A DNA stretch of 64,000 nucleotides from an uncultured bacterium. GTDB taxonomy: Bacteria > Babelota > Babeliae > Babelales > Babelaceae. Position numbers and translations under genes: made by a program. The stretch lies in NCBI GenBank assembly GCA_963824495.1, contig CAWGPQ010000011.1, forward strand, positions 64,001 through 128,000, read 5' to 3'. Positions 10,722-19,963 of the stretch are shown here, one piece after another (position 1 is the stretch's first letter; each line of letters starts with the position of its first letter). The notes under the pieces were generated by a model. That model was not told the DNA's origin and ran no database searches. It worked only from the letters and a program-made list of their open reading frames with translations.

Positions 10722-11666
10722 TCAAATAAGCTTGTCATTTTTATAAGAATGCCAAGTGATTGTATCGGGGTCAGCACCATGACTCATAAGAATCTGTGCT
10801 GTTTTTTTATTATTATGCAAAACTGCATTACTAAGAGGCGTATTGCCTTTATTATCTTTAAGATTAACATCAGCATTATGACATCTTATAAGTAATTCTA
10901 CTAGTTGATGCTTGCCGTTTAAAGCAGCAAGATGAAGCGGGGCCCTACCTTGTTTGTCAGGAAGATTGACGTTAAAACTATGGTCTATTATAAGTCTTAA
11001 CACACGACCTATTTCGCCTTTGGCTGCTGCTTTATGAAGAGCAGTGGTACCGCTTCTATTGAGCCCATTGATTGCAATTCCATGATAGGATTTATGCGTG
11101 CTTACTGATGTATTATGTGCTAGATTTATATTTTCAGGAAGGGGTAACTTGTGTTTCTCATATGCACTGGTAACGCCTCCTCCGTTTTCTATGAGAAAAT
11201 TAGCAATGATGCTATTATTGCTATATAGAGCAGTCATGAGGGGCGTATTGCCTTTTTTATCCTGACTATTAACATTAGCACCATAGTGCATAAGTAGCTT
11301 GATAATTTCAATTTGGTCACTAAGGGCAGCAATATGTAGGGGGCTCTTGCCACCTGCATTAGGAAGATTAACATCAAACTTATATTTTTCTATAAGGTCT
11401 TTTACACGATTTATTTCGCCTTTGGCTGCTGCTTTATGAAGAGCAGTTGTACCGTTGCTATTGAGAGCATTAACTTTAAAATTCCCATAACAAACTCTTT
11501 TCACTATAGGGTCTGTTGATGCTTCGGATTCAGGTTTACGCTTTTTGGTGGGCTGCTCCTCCATGCTTACAATTTTTTGACACGTAAAAGCTAGCACAAT
11601 ACTACTAAAAATAAAAAACCTGCAGTTTAAGTTTTGCATGGGTGATTCTTTCTTATAATGGTGCAT
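10722..11666 (-). CDS. Ankyrin repeat protein with internal duplication and NLS-like motif (start may be 11639)
   Basis: Two blocks starting GTTALHKAAAKGEI; signal ending KIVSM; PTKKRKPE. Confidence 0.88.
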   Translation of the reverse strand: MHHYKKESPMQNLNCRFFIFSSIVLAFTCQKIVSMEEQPTKKRKPESEASTDPIVKRVCYGNFKVNALNSNGTTALHKAAAKGEINRVKDLIEKYKFDVNLPNAGGKSPLHIAALSDQIEIIKLLMHYGANVNSQDKKGNTPLMTALYSNNSIIANFLIENGGGVTSAYEKHKLPLPENINLAHNTSVSTHKSYHGIAINGLNRSGTTALHKAAAKGEIGRVLRLIIDHSFNVNLPDKQGRAPLHLAALNGKHQLVELLIRCHNADVNLKDNKGNTPLSNAVLHNNKKTAQILMSHGADPDTITWHSYKNDKLI

Positions 11667-11870
11667 GTTAAGCTACTAACGTACATTAATATACCATTTA
11701 ACCATAAAACAGTATTTTATTAAAGCAAGAAAAACCGGATACCCAACAAGCAAATCAATTTTAAATTGCTAAAATAAAAAATTATCGAAAAAATTAGGAT
11801 TAGTATGCTATGCTTAGTACAGAGATGGGTAGTAGCAAGAAAACTGAGCGCGAGAAAGGCACTCTCCACT

Positions 11871-13316
11871 ATGAAAAAAATTATCTTTATTGGTACTGCT
11901 ACAAGCATTATTATTGCCAGCATTATGTTCTCAGCTGGCTGCCAGCAACTTTGGCGGAACTGGTCAGGCTGTCAACGATGTAGCCCCTTATATATCTTTC
12001 AGCCAAACAATCTTCAAGAACTTCGTGAAATTATATTACGAGCTACTTCAAGCAATCGCAAGATTCGTGCTTACGGCTCTTCGTACTCATGGAGTCCTAT
12101 AGTCTGCACTGACTACCTCATTAATACTGACAAGCTTAATCGCATACTGCGTGTCGATACCGCTACAAACTGCGTACGAGTAGAAGCCGGCATTAAGCTA
12201 TACGAGCTTAATCACGAACTTGCCAAGATTGGGCTTGCTTTGCCAAATCAATCGTTTACACAAGCACAAAGTTTGGCTGGTGCACTCGCGACTGCAACCC
12301 ACGGAACAGGCCACACGGGTACACTTTCTGATTTTGCAATACAGATAGAGCTTGTAACTGCTGATGGTCGAGTTCACCTATTAACTCCACAAACTGCACC
12401 CGAAGAATTTGCCGCTGCGCGTGTCAATATTGGCGCACTAGGCATTATCTATGCGATAACTCTTCAGTGCACACCCCTATTTAAGGTGAGTCATGCACGA
12501 ACAGTTCTTGATTGGAATACGTTACGCAAAAGTTACCTAAGATTATATAATGACCACGACTACTTTATGTTTTATTGGAATCCTTATACCAATAAAGTCA
12601 TTACCTATACCTGGGACAAAGTTCCTGAAGCAACTCCGTCAACCACTTCATTTTTTCATCTCATACAAGAGAAGGTGCTTTTGGGGCCATGGATAAACAG
12701 TCTATGTGCACGTTTAGTTGATTGGTTTCCGCATGTAACACCTTATCTTGGTGATATTTTTTATAAAGCAACCACGGTTTCTCATCAAATAGCCTACCCT
12801 CACGATAGCATGTGCTCTTCGGGTAAAGCGCCGTATGAGCTTTTTTATGGAAAAGAAGCAACAAATATCCCTATCGAGTCAGCAGAAATTGCTATTCCCA
12901 TCGAAAAGCTTGTTGATGCCGCTGGTGATATTCACAGACTTGTTAAAAAATATTTGAAGCTGGGTCATTATATTTTTATGTGTGGTATCTTGTTTAGGTT
13001 TGTTAATGCTGAAGAGAACACGTACTTAAGCCCTGCCGCAGGTCAGAATGTAGTATTTGTCAATATCACAAGCAGCCGCATGCCCGAAGATTTTTATCGT
13101 GAATTTGAAGAGCTCATGCTCAACTATAATGGACGTCCTCATTGGGGCAAGATTAACTTTTTAGATTATGAACGTACTCATAAACTTTATGGAGAAAAGC
13201 TTGATGAGTTTAACCGAGTTCGAATGCAGCTTGATCCTCATGGCACTTTCTCTAACCCTTATGTTCAAAAAGTCTGTACACCGGGACACTTTATGCCAAC
13301 TACAGTTTTTTCATAG
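11871..13316 (+). CDS. FAD-linked oxidase, D-arabinono-1,4-lactone/L-gulonolactone oxidase family
   Basis: WRNWSG, RVEAGIKL, ATATHGTG, GRPHWGK, LDPHGTFSN motifs; start set at MKKIIFIG. Confidence 0.88.
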   Translation: MKKIIFIGTATSIIIASIMFSAGCQQLWRNWSGCQRCSPLYIFQPNNLQELREIILRATSSNRKIRAYGSSYSWSPIVCTDYLINTDKLNRILRVDTATNCVRVEAGIKLYELNHELAKIGLALPNQSFTQAQSLAGALATATHGTGHTGTLSDFAIQIELVTADGRVHLLTPQTAPEEFAAARVNIGALGIIYAITLQCTPLFKVSHARTVLDWNTLRKSYLRLYNDHDYFMFYWNPYTNKVITYTWDKVPEATPSTTSFFHLIQEKVLLGPWINSLCARLVDWFPHVTPYLGDIFYKATTVSHQIAYPHDSMCSSGKAPYELFYGKEATNIPIESAEIAIPIEKLVDAAGDIHRLVKKYLKLGHYIFMCGILFRFVNAEENTYLSPAAGQNVVFVNITSSRMPEDFYREFEELMLNYNGRPHWGKINFLDYERTHKLYGEKLDEFNRVRMQLDPHGTFSNPYVQKVCTPGHFMPTTVFS

Positions 13317-14793
13317 GTGATGTGACAAAAAAAAGCCCGAGCGTTTTTTCAGCAAAGTCCTGATATGACCATTCTGTTATAAATTCAATTACGCTATAGT
13401 TATACATCTCTCTCAGTTTTTCTATAATATCTTTTTTACGATACAGCACTGCGCCAAGAGAATTGGGATAGCTCCATACGTTACTACCAGCAGTAAGATG
13501 CCATGCTCGTAGATTTTCAGATAACCGTATACAGGTTGTCCTTGGATCTTCTTGAAGTGTCAAATAGAAACCATACGCATATGTTCTTTCTAACTCTCTG
13601 ATGCAATAGGTAAGATTACATTCTCGAGCAGCTCCGACTGTTGGAACAGCTAAGACTATATGCTCTTCCCGTACCTGCTGAATAAGCTCACTCAAGAATA
13701 ACGGAAAATTATCTCTCATGGCAGGGCTATAGCGAATAAGCGTTGTGCGAGGAAATGCTTGAACAAGCTTTCTATAGACATCAGTTTTTTTACTCGAAGG
13801 TCCGTAAATAACTATAATCTTGCCGATACCTTGAACACGAGCACGGAGTGATGCAAGACAGGGCTTCAGTAATGGCACCGTTCTATCGGAAACGAAAAGC
13901 ATATAACAGACTTTACTATGCATATAGTTCTTAATAAGCTCTTGCTTGTGGGACATCAAGCGAGCATACTGTGGCCATGAGTAAATGGTAAGTCCAAGTT
14001 CCCATTGCCGGGTAGCGCTTAATCGATGTTGACTGATAGGATTAGCTTGGTTCCATATGTATACAGGTGGTTTTGGTGGTATTTCATAGACATGATCGGC
14101 TCCCGCCATTTCTAGCATAGGAAGCATAAGGGCGGTATCGGGACTTGGGGCAACAGGAGCAAAACTGCTTGCTATAGTAAGATCTTCAAGTTTAACCTTT
14201 TTAAAAAGCCATGCACGAAATGTACGTAAGTGAGAATATAAAAACGGAGCTTGTCTCACGTTATTTTCATTAATCCTAAGCGATGCAAGCCTGCTCAAAG
14301 ATAGGTTTAGAAAGTTTCCCCCACTTGGCCACCACTCAGCCCCACCATAGGTTATCCACACATTACCGTTACGCATGTAAATATCATTAACTAATGTAAG
14401 CACGCCAGGATGAGCAAGCCAATCATCACCATCAAGGTGAACAATAATCTCATGGTCGTCACACATATGAGCTGCCAGGTAATGATTAGCCATACCACCA
14501 ACCCACTCTTTATTACGTATAAGTACTGTGCGATGCTCTTGTTTTTTTTCTTTGATATAGAGCTCTACGTGCTCGCCTGTACCATCTGATGATGCGTCAT
14601 CAACATAGATGACTCGATAATTATGATAATTTTGAGAAAACACTGAATCTAAGTTGCGTCGATACCAATCATTATTATTATATGACGTTATAATAACAAC
14701 AAGAGGAAGTTCGCCTTTTTGAGCTTGAGGAACTCTACCGTATATCGATAGTCCAAACAACAAGAAACTTGCCCACATAAAGTACATGCTCAT
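13300..14793 (-). CDS. Glycosyltransferase family 2 protein with signal peptide
   Basis: VVIITSYN, IYVDDASSDGT, LDGDDW, SHLRTF. Confidence 0.88.
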   Translation of the reverse strand: MSMYFMWASFLLFGLSIYGRVPQAQKGELPLVVIITSYNNNDWYRRNLDSVFSQNYHNYRVIYVDDASSDGTGEHVELYIKEKKQEHRTVLIRNKEWVGGMANHYLAAHMCDDHEIIVHLDGDDWLAHPGVLTLVNDIYMRNGNVWITYGGAEWWPSGGNFLNLSLSRLASLRINENNVRQAPFLYSHLRTFRAWLFKKVKLEDLTIASSFAPVAPSPDTALMLPMLEMAGADHVYEIPPKPPVYIWNQANPISQHRLSATRQWELGLTIYSWPQYARLMSHKQELIKNYMHSKVCYMLFVSDRTVPLLKPCLASLRARVQGIGKIIVIYGPSSKKTDVYRKLVQAFPRTTLIRYSPAMRDNFPLFLSELIQQVREEHIVLAVPTVGAARECNLTYCIRELERTYAYGFYLTLQEDPRTTCIRLSENLRAWHLTAGSNVWSYPNSLGAVLYRKKDIIEKLREMYNYSVIEFITEWSYQDFAEKTLGLFFVTSPMKKL

Positions 14794-16316
14794 GTTCTGC
14801 CCTTGATATCCTTCATGGGAGACTCTTTAAAAAAAAGCCCCAACGTTTTTTCAGTACAGCTTTGATGCGACCAAGATATCAGGAATTCGCTCAAGCTTGA
14901 ACAATGCATATATCTCAGTTTTTTTATAATGTCTTTTTTACGATACAGTACTGCACCAAGAGAATTGGGATAGCGCCATACGTTGCTACCAGCGGCAAGA
15001 TGCCATGCTCGAAGCCGGTCCGACAAGGGTGCATACACTAAAGCTGGGCTTTCATTACGTGTCAAATAAAAGCCGTACGCATACGTTCTTTCTAGCTCTT
15101 GTATACAATACGTAAGATTACATGTTTGAGCTACGCCTACCGTTGGCAATGCTAAAACAACATGCTCTTCGGGCAGATTTTTCAGGATGTCATGCAAAAA
15201 TAATGAGAAGCTTTTACCCATAGCAGGACTATGCCGCATAAGCTTAAGTCGGGGGAACTGATGAACAAGCATGCTATAGGCATCTGCTTTATGGGTATTG
15301 GAGCCATATATACCTATAATTCTACCGATACCTTGAGCGCGGGCATGAAGAGACTTCAAGCACATGGCTAGCAAAGACGCTGTTGTATCTGAAACAAAAA
15401 GAACGTAACTTACTTTGTTCCGTTCATAACTTTTAATTATCTGTTCATCGGACGACAGGCTTGGATATTTAGGCCATGAATCTATCAGATCACCTAATGT
15501 GTACTGCCCAGCACTATTAATGCGTATCTGACTCAGGGGATTAAGCATATTCCATATATAAACTGGTTGGTCTATTTGATAGCTATGACGCCATCCTGCC
15601 ATTTCTAGCATAGGCCGCATAAAAGCACCATCAGGACCTGGAGTCATGGGATAGAAGCTGCTTGTTATCATAAGATCTTCAAGCTTAAGTTTTTTAAAGA
15701 GCCATGCATAGAATGTACGAAGATGACCATAAAGAAATGGCCGACTTCTCAGGTCGTTGTTTTTGATCTTAAGCTGAGCAATTAAACCGGTGCTCTCTGG
15801 CTTGAGAAATACCTCACCGCTTGGCCAAAATACCCCTCCACCATAGGTAATCCATGTGTCCAGAGTATGCGTTGAATAAATAGTGTTAACTAATTCCAGA
15901 ACGTGCGGGTGAGCAAACCAATCATCACCATCGAGCTGGACAATAATTTCGTTGTCATCGCACCTATGGACAGCTTTATAGTGATTAGCCATCTGGCTTT
16001 CCCAGGATGTATTACGTAGTAAGACTACGCGTTCTTCCTGATGTTTTTCTTGTATATACTGCTCTACAAGCTCACCGGTACCATCGGGTGATGCGTCATC
16101 GATATAGATAACTCGATAATTATGATACTTTTGAGAAAAAACAGAGTCTAAATTACGCTGATACCAATTTTTATTATTATAGGACGTTATTACTACTACT
16201 AAGGGTTTTTCTTCAATAAAGCCATGCGTGCTTGGTAGTATCAAGCACAAGACACTGCTCAACCAACCAATATATATGTTTTTATTCATGAGTTTCAGAA
16301 CCGCTTTCTTGTGCAC
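14790..16316 (-). CDS. Glycosyltransferase family 2 protein, tandem paralog
   Basis: Same motifs (IYIDDASPDGT, LDGDDW); similar to the neighbour end to end. Confidence 0.88.
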   Translation of the reverse strand: MHKKAVLKLMNKNIYIGWLSSVLCLILPSTHGFIEEKPLVVVITSYNNKNWYQRNLDSVFSQKYHNYRVIYIDDASPDGTGELVEQYIQEKHQEERVVLLRNTSWESQMANHYKAVHRCDDNEIIVQLDGDDWFAHPHVLELVNTIYSTHTLDTWITYGGGVFWPSGEVFLKPESTGLIAQLKIKNNDLRSRPFLYGHLRTFYAWLFKKLKLEDLMITSSFYPMTPGPDGAFMRPMLEMAGWRHSYQIDQPVYIWNMLNPLSQIRINSAGQYTLGDLIDSWPKYPSLSSDEQIIKSYERNKVSYVLFVSDTTASLLAMCLKSLHARAQGIGRIIGIYGSNTHKADAYSMLVHQFPRLKLMRHSPAMGKSFSLFLHDILKNLPEEHVVLALPTVGVAQTCNLTYCIQELERTYAYGFYLTRNESPALVYAPLSDRLRAWHLAAGSNVWRYPNSLGAVLYRKKDIIKKLRYMHCSSLSEFLISWSHQSCTEKTLGLFFKESPMKDIKGRT

Positions 16317-16562
16317 TACGTTTGGTCAATGATTATAATGGTTATAGCGTAATAATTACCCATAACCTTTCTCAACACTTGAGTTTTTAAAAATTTTATG
16401 AAGTTCGTGCCTTCGGTAAAAACCCTTACGGCCACGGCATAGTTCGTGCAATTAAGCTGCCTAATTAAAATCTTTTATTGTTTTATTTTTTAAACAAATT
16501 GTATAATATTAATAATTAAGAAACTAGGTAACGTAGAATAAGTTAAAAACAAAGGACAAACC

Positions 16563-17429
16563 ATGCTTAGACGGATCAATTTTCTAAATAAGTTTTTTAC
16601 GATTACGATTACGCTTGGCTTACTTTTCCCGTCCTATGGACAAAAATCAATCACTGCTCAGCAGGCTGCATATGCTGCGCTTGGTATGGGCGCTGCATGG
16701 CTAGCAGATCAAGCAGGTTGCCTTACAAGCAATGAAAAGCTTATAAATCAAGCAATTCAATACTATATTCCTCAACAGTTACAATGGTTAAATATAGGCA
16801 CTCTTATCAGCAATCAAAACAAATTGCTGTATGGGCATCTCTTAGAAACGTTATTTCTTGATCCAACGTACGAGGAGCGCTACAATGACTTTTATATGAG
16901 CGGCCTTAAGTCACTTGGACTCATTCAGGTACTTAAGAGTGCTTTGGACGCATGGGAAGCATCACCAAATCTTATTACATCACAAGCACAAGAAACTCCT
17001 ATTACATGCCCTTCAGGTGAAATTCTACCCGCTCGCGTATGTGGTATAAGAGGGGTTTCAGGTCCGGGTAGAGGCACTTTTGTTTCTGAAGAAGATATCG
17101 TTTGCCCTTGGTCAGACGGTACTTATGCACAGCACATTAACGAGGATTTCATTAAGCAAGCAATTTTTTCGGCACTTTCTGGTTACTTCTTAAGCCCCCT
17201 AGCTCTTGGTCTTGCAAAACAAATAACCCCGACCATGCATCCCTTAGTTTATAGAATTATTACAACGGATATTGCCTATATTATTACTACGGCTATATGG
17301 AATGCGCTTCTGTCAAACGTGCTTAAGGAACCACGAAATATCCTGTATGAAAAACTTTATGCCTTAGGTGGCAAAGTAGCCCGATCAAGTGATAGCTTAG
17401 CCGCCTGGAGAAAAGCATTACAAGCATGA
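16563..17429 (+). CDS. Hypothetical secreted/membrane protein
   Basis: 288-aa ORF, AAGGA RBS, signal peptide, hydrophobic C-terminal segments. Confidence 0.65.
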   Translation: MLRRINFLNKFFTITITLGLLFPSYGQKSITAQQAAYAALGMGAAWLADQAGCLTSNEKLINQAIQYYIPQQLQWLNIGTLISNQNKLLYGHLLETLFLDPTYEERYNDFYMSGLKSLGLIQVLKSALDAWEASPNLITSQAQETPITCPSGEILPARVCGIRGVSGPGRGTFVSEEDIVCPWSDGTYAQHINEDFIKQAIFSALSGYFLSPLALGLAKQITPTMHPLVYRIITTDIAYIITTAIWNALLSNVLKEPRNILYEKLYALGGKVARSSDSLAAWRKALQA

Positions 17430-17440
17430 AGCTTCCCTCC

Positions 17441-17737
17441 TTATGGAAGGATCTTAAGTATCCAATCAGGTGCTAAATTTCTTGTCTAGGTATCGAAAGA
17501 AACTCCGATTAAAACAACCTTTTTCTTTCTGCCCAAAAATCTTTCGTAATACTTTTTATCTTCTATTTGCCGAAGCGTCGTGGACAGGATAAAAGGTGAT
17601 TCTTGTTTCAGCAACATACATAGCCCACGGGAAAGGTGCTTGATTTTTGCACACTGTCATTTTCTATCGCGAGGTTTTACAGAACGTCGTAATTCCAATG
17701 TATGAAAATCACTTATACCTATAGGAAGCTTTTTCAT
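17441..17737 (-). pseudogene. Collapsed remnant of an AAA-ATPase/PD-(D/E)XK nuclease gene
   Basis: Manual translation across frames: MKKLPIGISDF, LSCPRRFGK (Walker A), then QIEDKKYYERF..KKVVLIGVSFD*TRNL..W. Confidence 0.8.
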
Positions 17738-17910
17738 AATTCTTAAGGCAACCTTTCACTTTTGAACACAAGGCAACATAGATAAGTACTTAGTATATAC
17801 TAGAAAGCTTTACGCTGAAATAGAATAATTTTATTTTGCAAATAAATTATTGAGGTATTATTTTCAGCTGTGCTATCTTAATAAAGAACCATAAAAAATG
17901 AGGGGGAAAA

Positions 17911-18327
17911 ATGGCGCAAGAGAGACCAATCGATGTCGTAGACAGATTAGAAGTCATACATATACTCGATGAAGAACATTATAGAGATTGTCATATCAAA
18001 GGATCGGTCAATGTTCCCTTAAGCAGAGTTGAAGCATTTGCTCGTGCCTTGCCCAAAGAGGTAGAAGTTGTCGTATATGGCACTCACTATAGTTGCACGC
18101 TAAGCCGTGAGGCATGGTTTCTTTTTAGGCAATTGGGCTTTGAAAACGTTAAACTCTATGAAGGTGGCATACAAGATTGGTTTGACAAGGGATATCCTGT
18201 CGAGGGTCCTTGCAAAAATGTTCAATCTAAGCAGCCATCTGCTAACTCTACTCGGAGAGATACCACCATCAAAACTATAAGCGCTCAAGATTTGTTGCAT
18301 CTTATGCAAAAGAATAACCTACTATGA
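17911..18327 (+). CDS. Rhodanese-like domain protein
   Basis: HIKGSVNVP, LGFENVKLYEGGIQDW; usual active-site Cys position reads YG (VVVYGTHYSC). Confidence 0.85.
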   Translation: MAQERPIDVVDRLEVIHILDEEHYRDCHIKGSVNVPLSRVEAFARALPKEVEVVVYGTHYSCTLSREAWFLFRQLGFENVKLYEGGIQDWFDKGYPVEGPCKNVQSKQPSANSTRRDTTIKTISAQDLLHLMQKNNLL

Positions 18328-19829
18328 AAAAATTGCCTATCGGCATACAAGATATAGTAACAATACTTCATGAAAATTATATATATGTTGACAAGACTCA
18401 GCACATATATAAGTTAATTACTGAAGGTCGCAATTATTTTCTTTCTCGTCCACGGCGTTTTGGTAAGTCACTCTTGATTTCGACGCTTAAAGAGATTTTC
18501 TCGGGCAATAAAGAGCTCTTTGCTGACCTATGGATTAGTTCAAGTGACTATAACTGGAATACCTACCCTATTATTCATATTGATTTTTCATCAATATCAC
18601 ACGAAACACCAGAAGATTTAAAAATTAACCTGTCATGGCTCCTTGAATGGAAAGCTCGACAAGCAGGAATAAGCCTTGGTGATGCGCCATCATTAGAAGC
18701 CAAGCTTTACGCATTAGTAACACAATTATCACAACAGGGCAAAGTTGTTATTCTTGTCGATGAGTACGACCATCCCCTTCTATCTCATTTACACAATTAT
18801 CAAGTAGCACATGAGCAGCAAAGTATACTAAAAGACTTTTATACTGCTATCAAAAGCCTCAGTGCTTATATTCGCTTTGTATTTTTGACCGGTATTAGTA
18901 AATTTTCAAAAACATCAGTATTTACCGGTATCAATAATCTTGAAGATATTAGCAATAGTCAAGAGTATGGAACCTTAGTTGGCTTTACTCAAGAAGAACT
19001 TTTACTGTTTTTTGACCACTATCTTGCACGTTTTGCTGATAAAGAAAAGACTACACTACCAGAACTTGTCCATAACATGCAAGCTTGGTATAACGGCTAT
19101 CGATTTGCAGCATATTCTGAGCAGGTATATAATCCTTTTTCGGTATTGCTTGCTTTAAAAAATAAGAGATTTAGTAACTATTGGTTTGAAACTGGCACAC
19201 CATCATTTCTGAAAGATCTTTTTAGGCATAATCTTATGCTTGCATCAGAACTTGATGGTAAAAAAGTTTCTGAGTTTTCTCTTGGTTCGGTTGACCTTGA
19301 GCCGCTCCCTCTTTTTGCTCTTCTCTACCAAAGTGGCTATGTAACGATCAAAGATTATAGCCCTCGGGATGGTGAGTATACTGTCGGATATCCTAATTTA
19401 GAAGTTCATGCATCATTTATTCATGCGTTGATAGATGCCTTTGCTCGTATAGATAAAGCACTTCTTGATAACTATCTTTCTCAGTTGCGGGATGCTTTAC
19501 GCAATGAAGATCTTAACCTTTTTTTAAGCATGCTCAGTAACTTTTACGGTTCTTTACCTGAAAGCGCTACTATTAATCACCCTAAAAATTACGAAGCTCT
19601 TTTTTATCTTATTCTTGAATTCATAAATCTAACGCTCTACCAACAATCTCCAGGTAAAGGCTTATTTATAACACCTCAACGACAGTATGTTTTTGAATTT
19701 AAAGCCAACGGCAATAAGCACAATCTTCAAGCACGGTGTGCTCAAGAATCAGCAAAGCCTACAACATGCGTAGCGCTCTCTTTTGCTGTTCAAAGCCATA
19801 CATTAAACTGGCACATAGAAAATACTTGA
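18324..19829 (+). CDS. AAA-ATPase-like protein with degenerate C-terminal PD-(D/E)XK domain
   Basis: MKKLPIGIQD, YVDKT, LSRPRRFGKS, LVDEYD, YNGYRF, YNPFS, YWFETGTP; VFEFK present but no GRxD before it. Confidence 0.88.
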   Translation: MKKLPIGIQDIVTILHENYIYVDKTQHIYKLITEGRNYFLSRPRRFGKSLLISTLKEIFSGNKELFADLWISSSDYNWNTYPIIHIDFSSISHETPEDLKINLSWLLEWKARQAGISLGDAPSLEAKLYALVTQLSQQGKVVILVDEYDHPLLSHLHNYQVAHEQQSILKDFYTAIKSLSAYIRFVFLTGISKFSKTSVFTGINNLEDISNSQEYGTLVGFTQEELLLFFDHYLARFADKEKTTLPELVHNMQAWYNGYRFAAYSEQVYNPFSVLLALKNKRFSNYWFETGTPSFLKDLFRHNLMLASELDGKKVSEFSLGSVDLEPLPLFALLYQSGYVTIKDYSPRDGEYTVGYPNLEVHASFIHALIDAFARIDKALLDNYLSQLRDALRNEDLNLFLSMLSNFYGSLPESATINHPKNYEALFYLILEFINLTLYQQSPGKGLFITPQRQYVFEFKANGNKHNLQARCAQESAKPTTCVALSFAVQSHTLNWHIENT

Positions 19830-19963
19830 AAATTTTATCATAGGCTTATTTTAATAGTAAAACAAGTTTTGTTAACATTCTTGCACAAAACTTGTTTATT
19901 TTTATAAATCAATTATAATTATTAGTATAGTTTTTATTTATAAATTCAAAGAAAGATAATAGC

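Noticed and set aside
16401..16460. AGTTCGTGC direct repeat with a possible hairpin upstream of the GT2 genes
   Set aside because: No riboswitch or IS-end consensus recognised; a 9-bp repeat is weak evidence.
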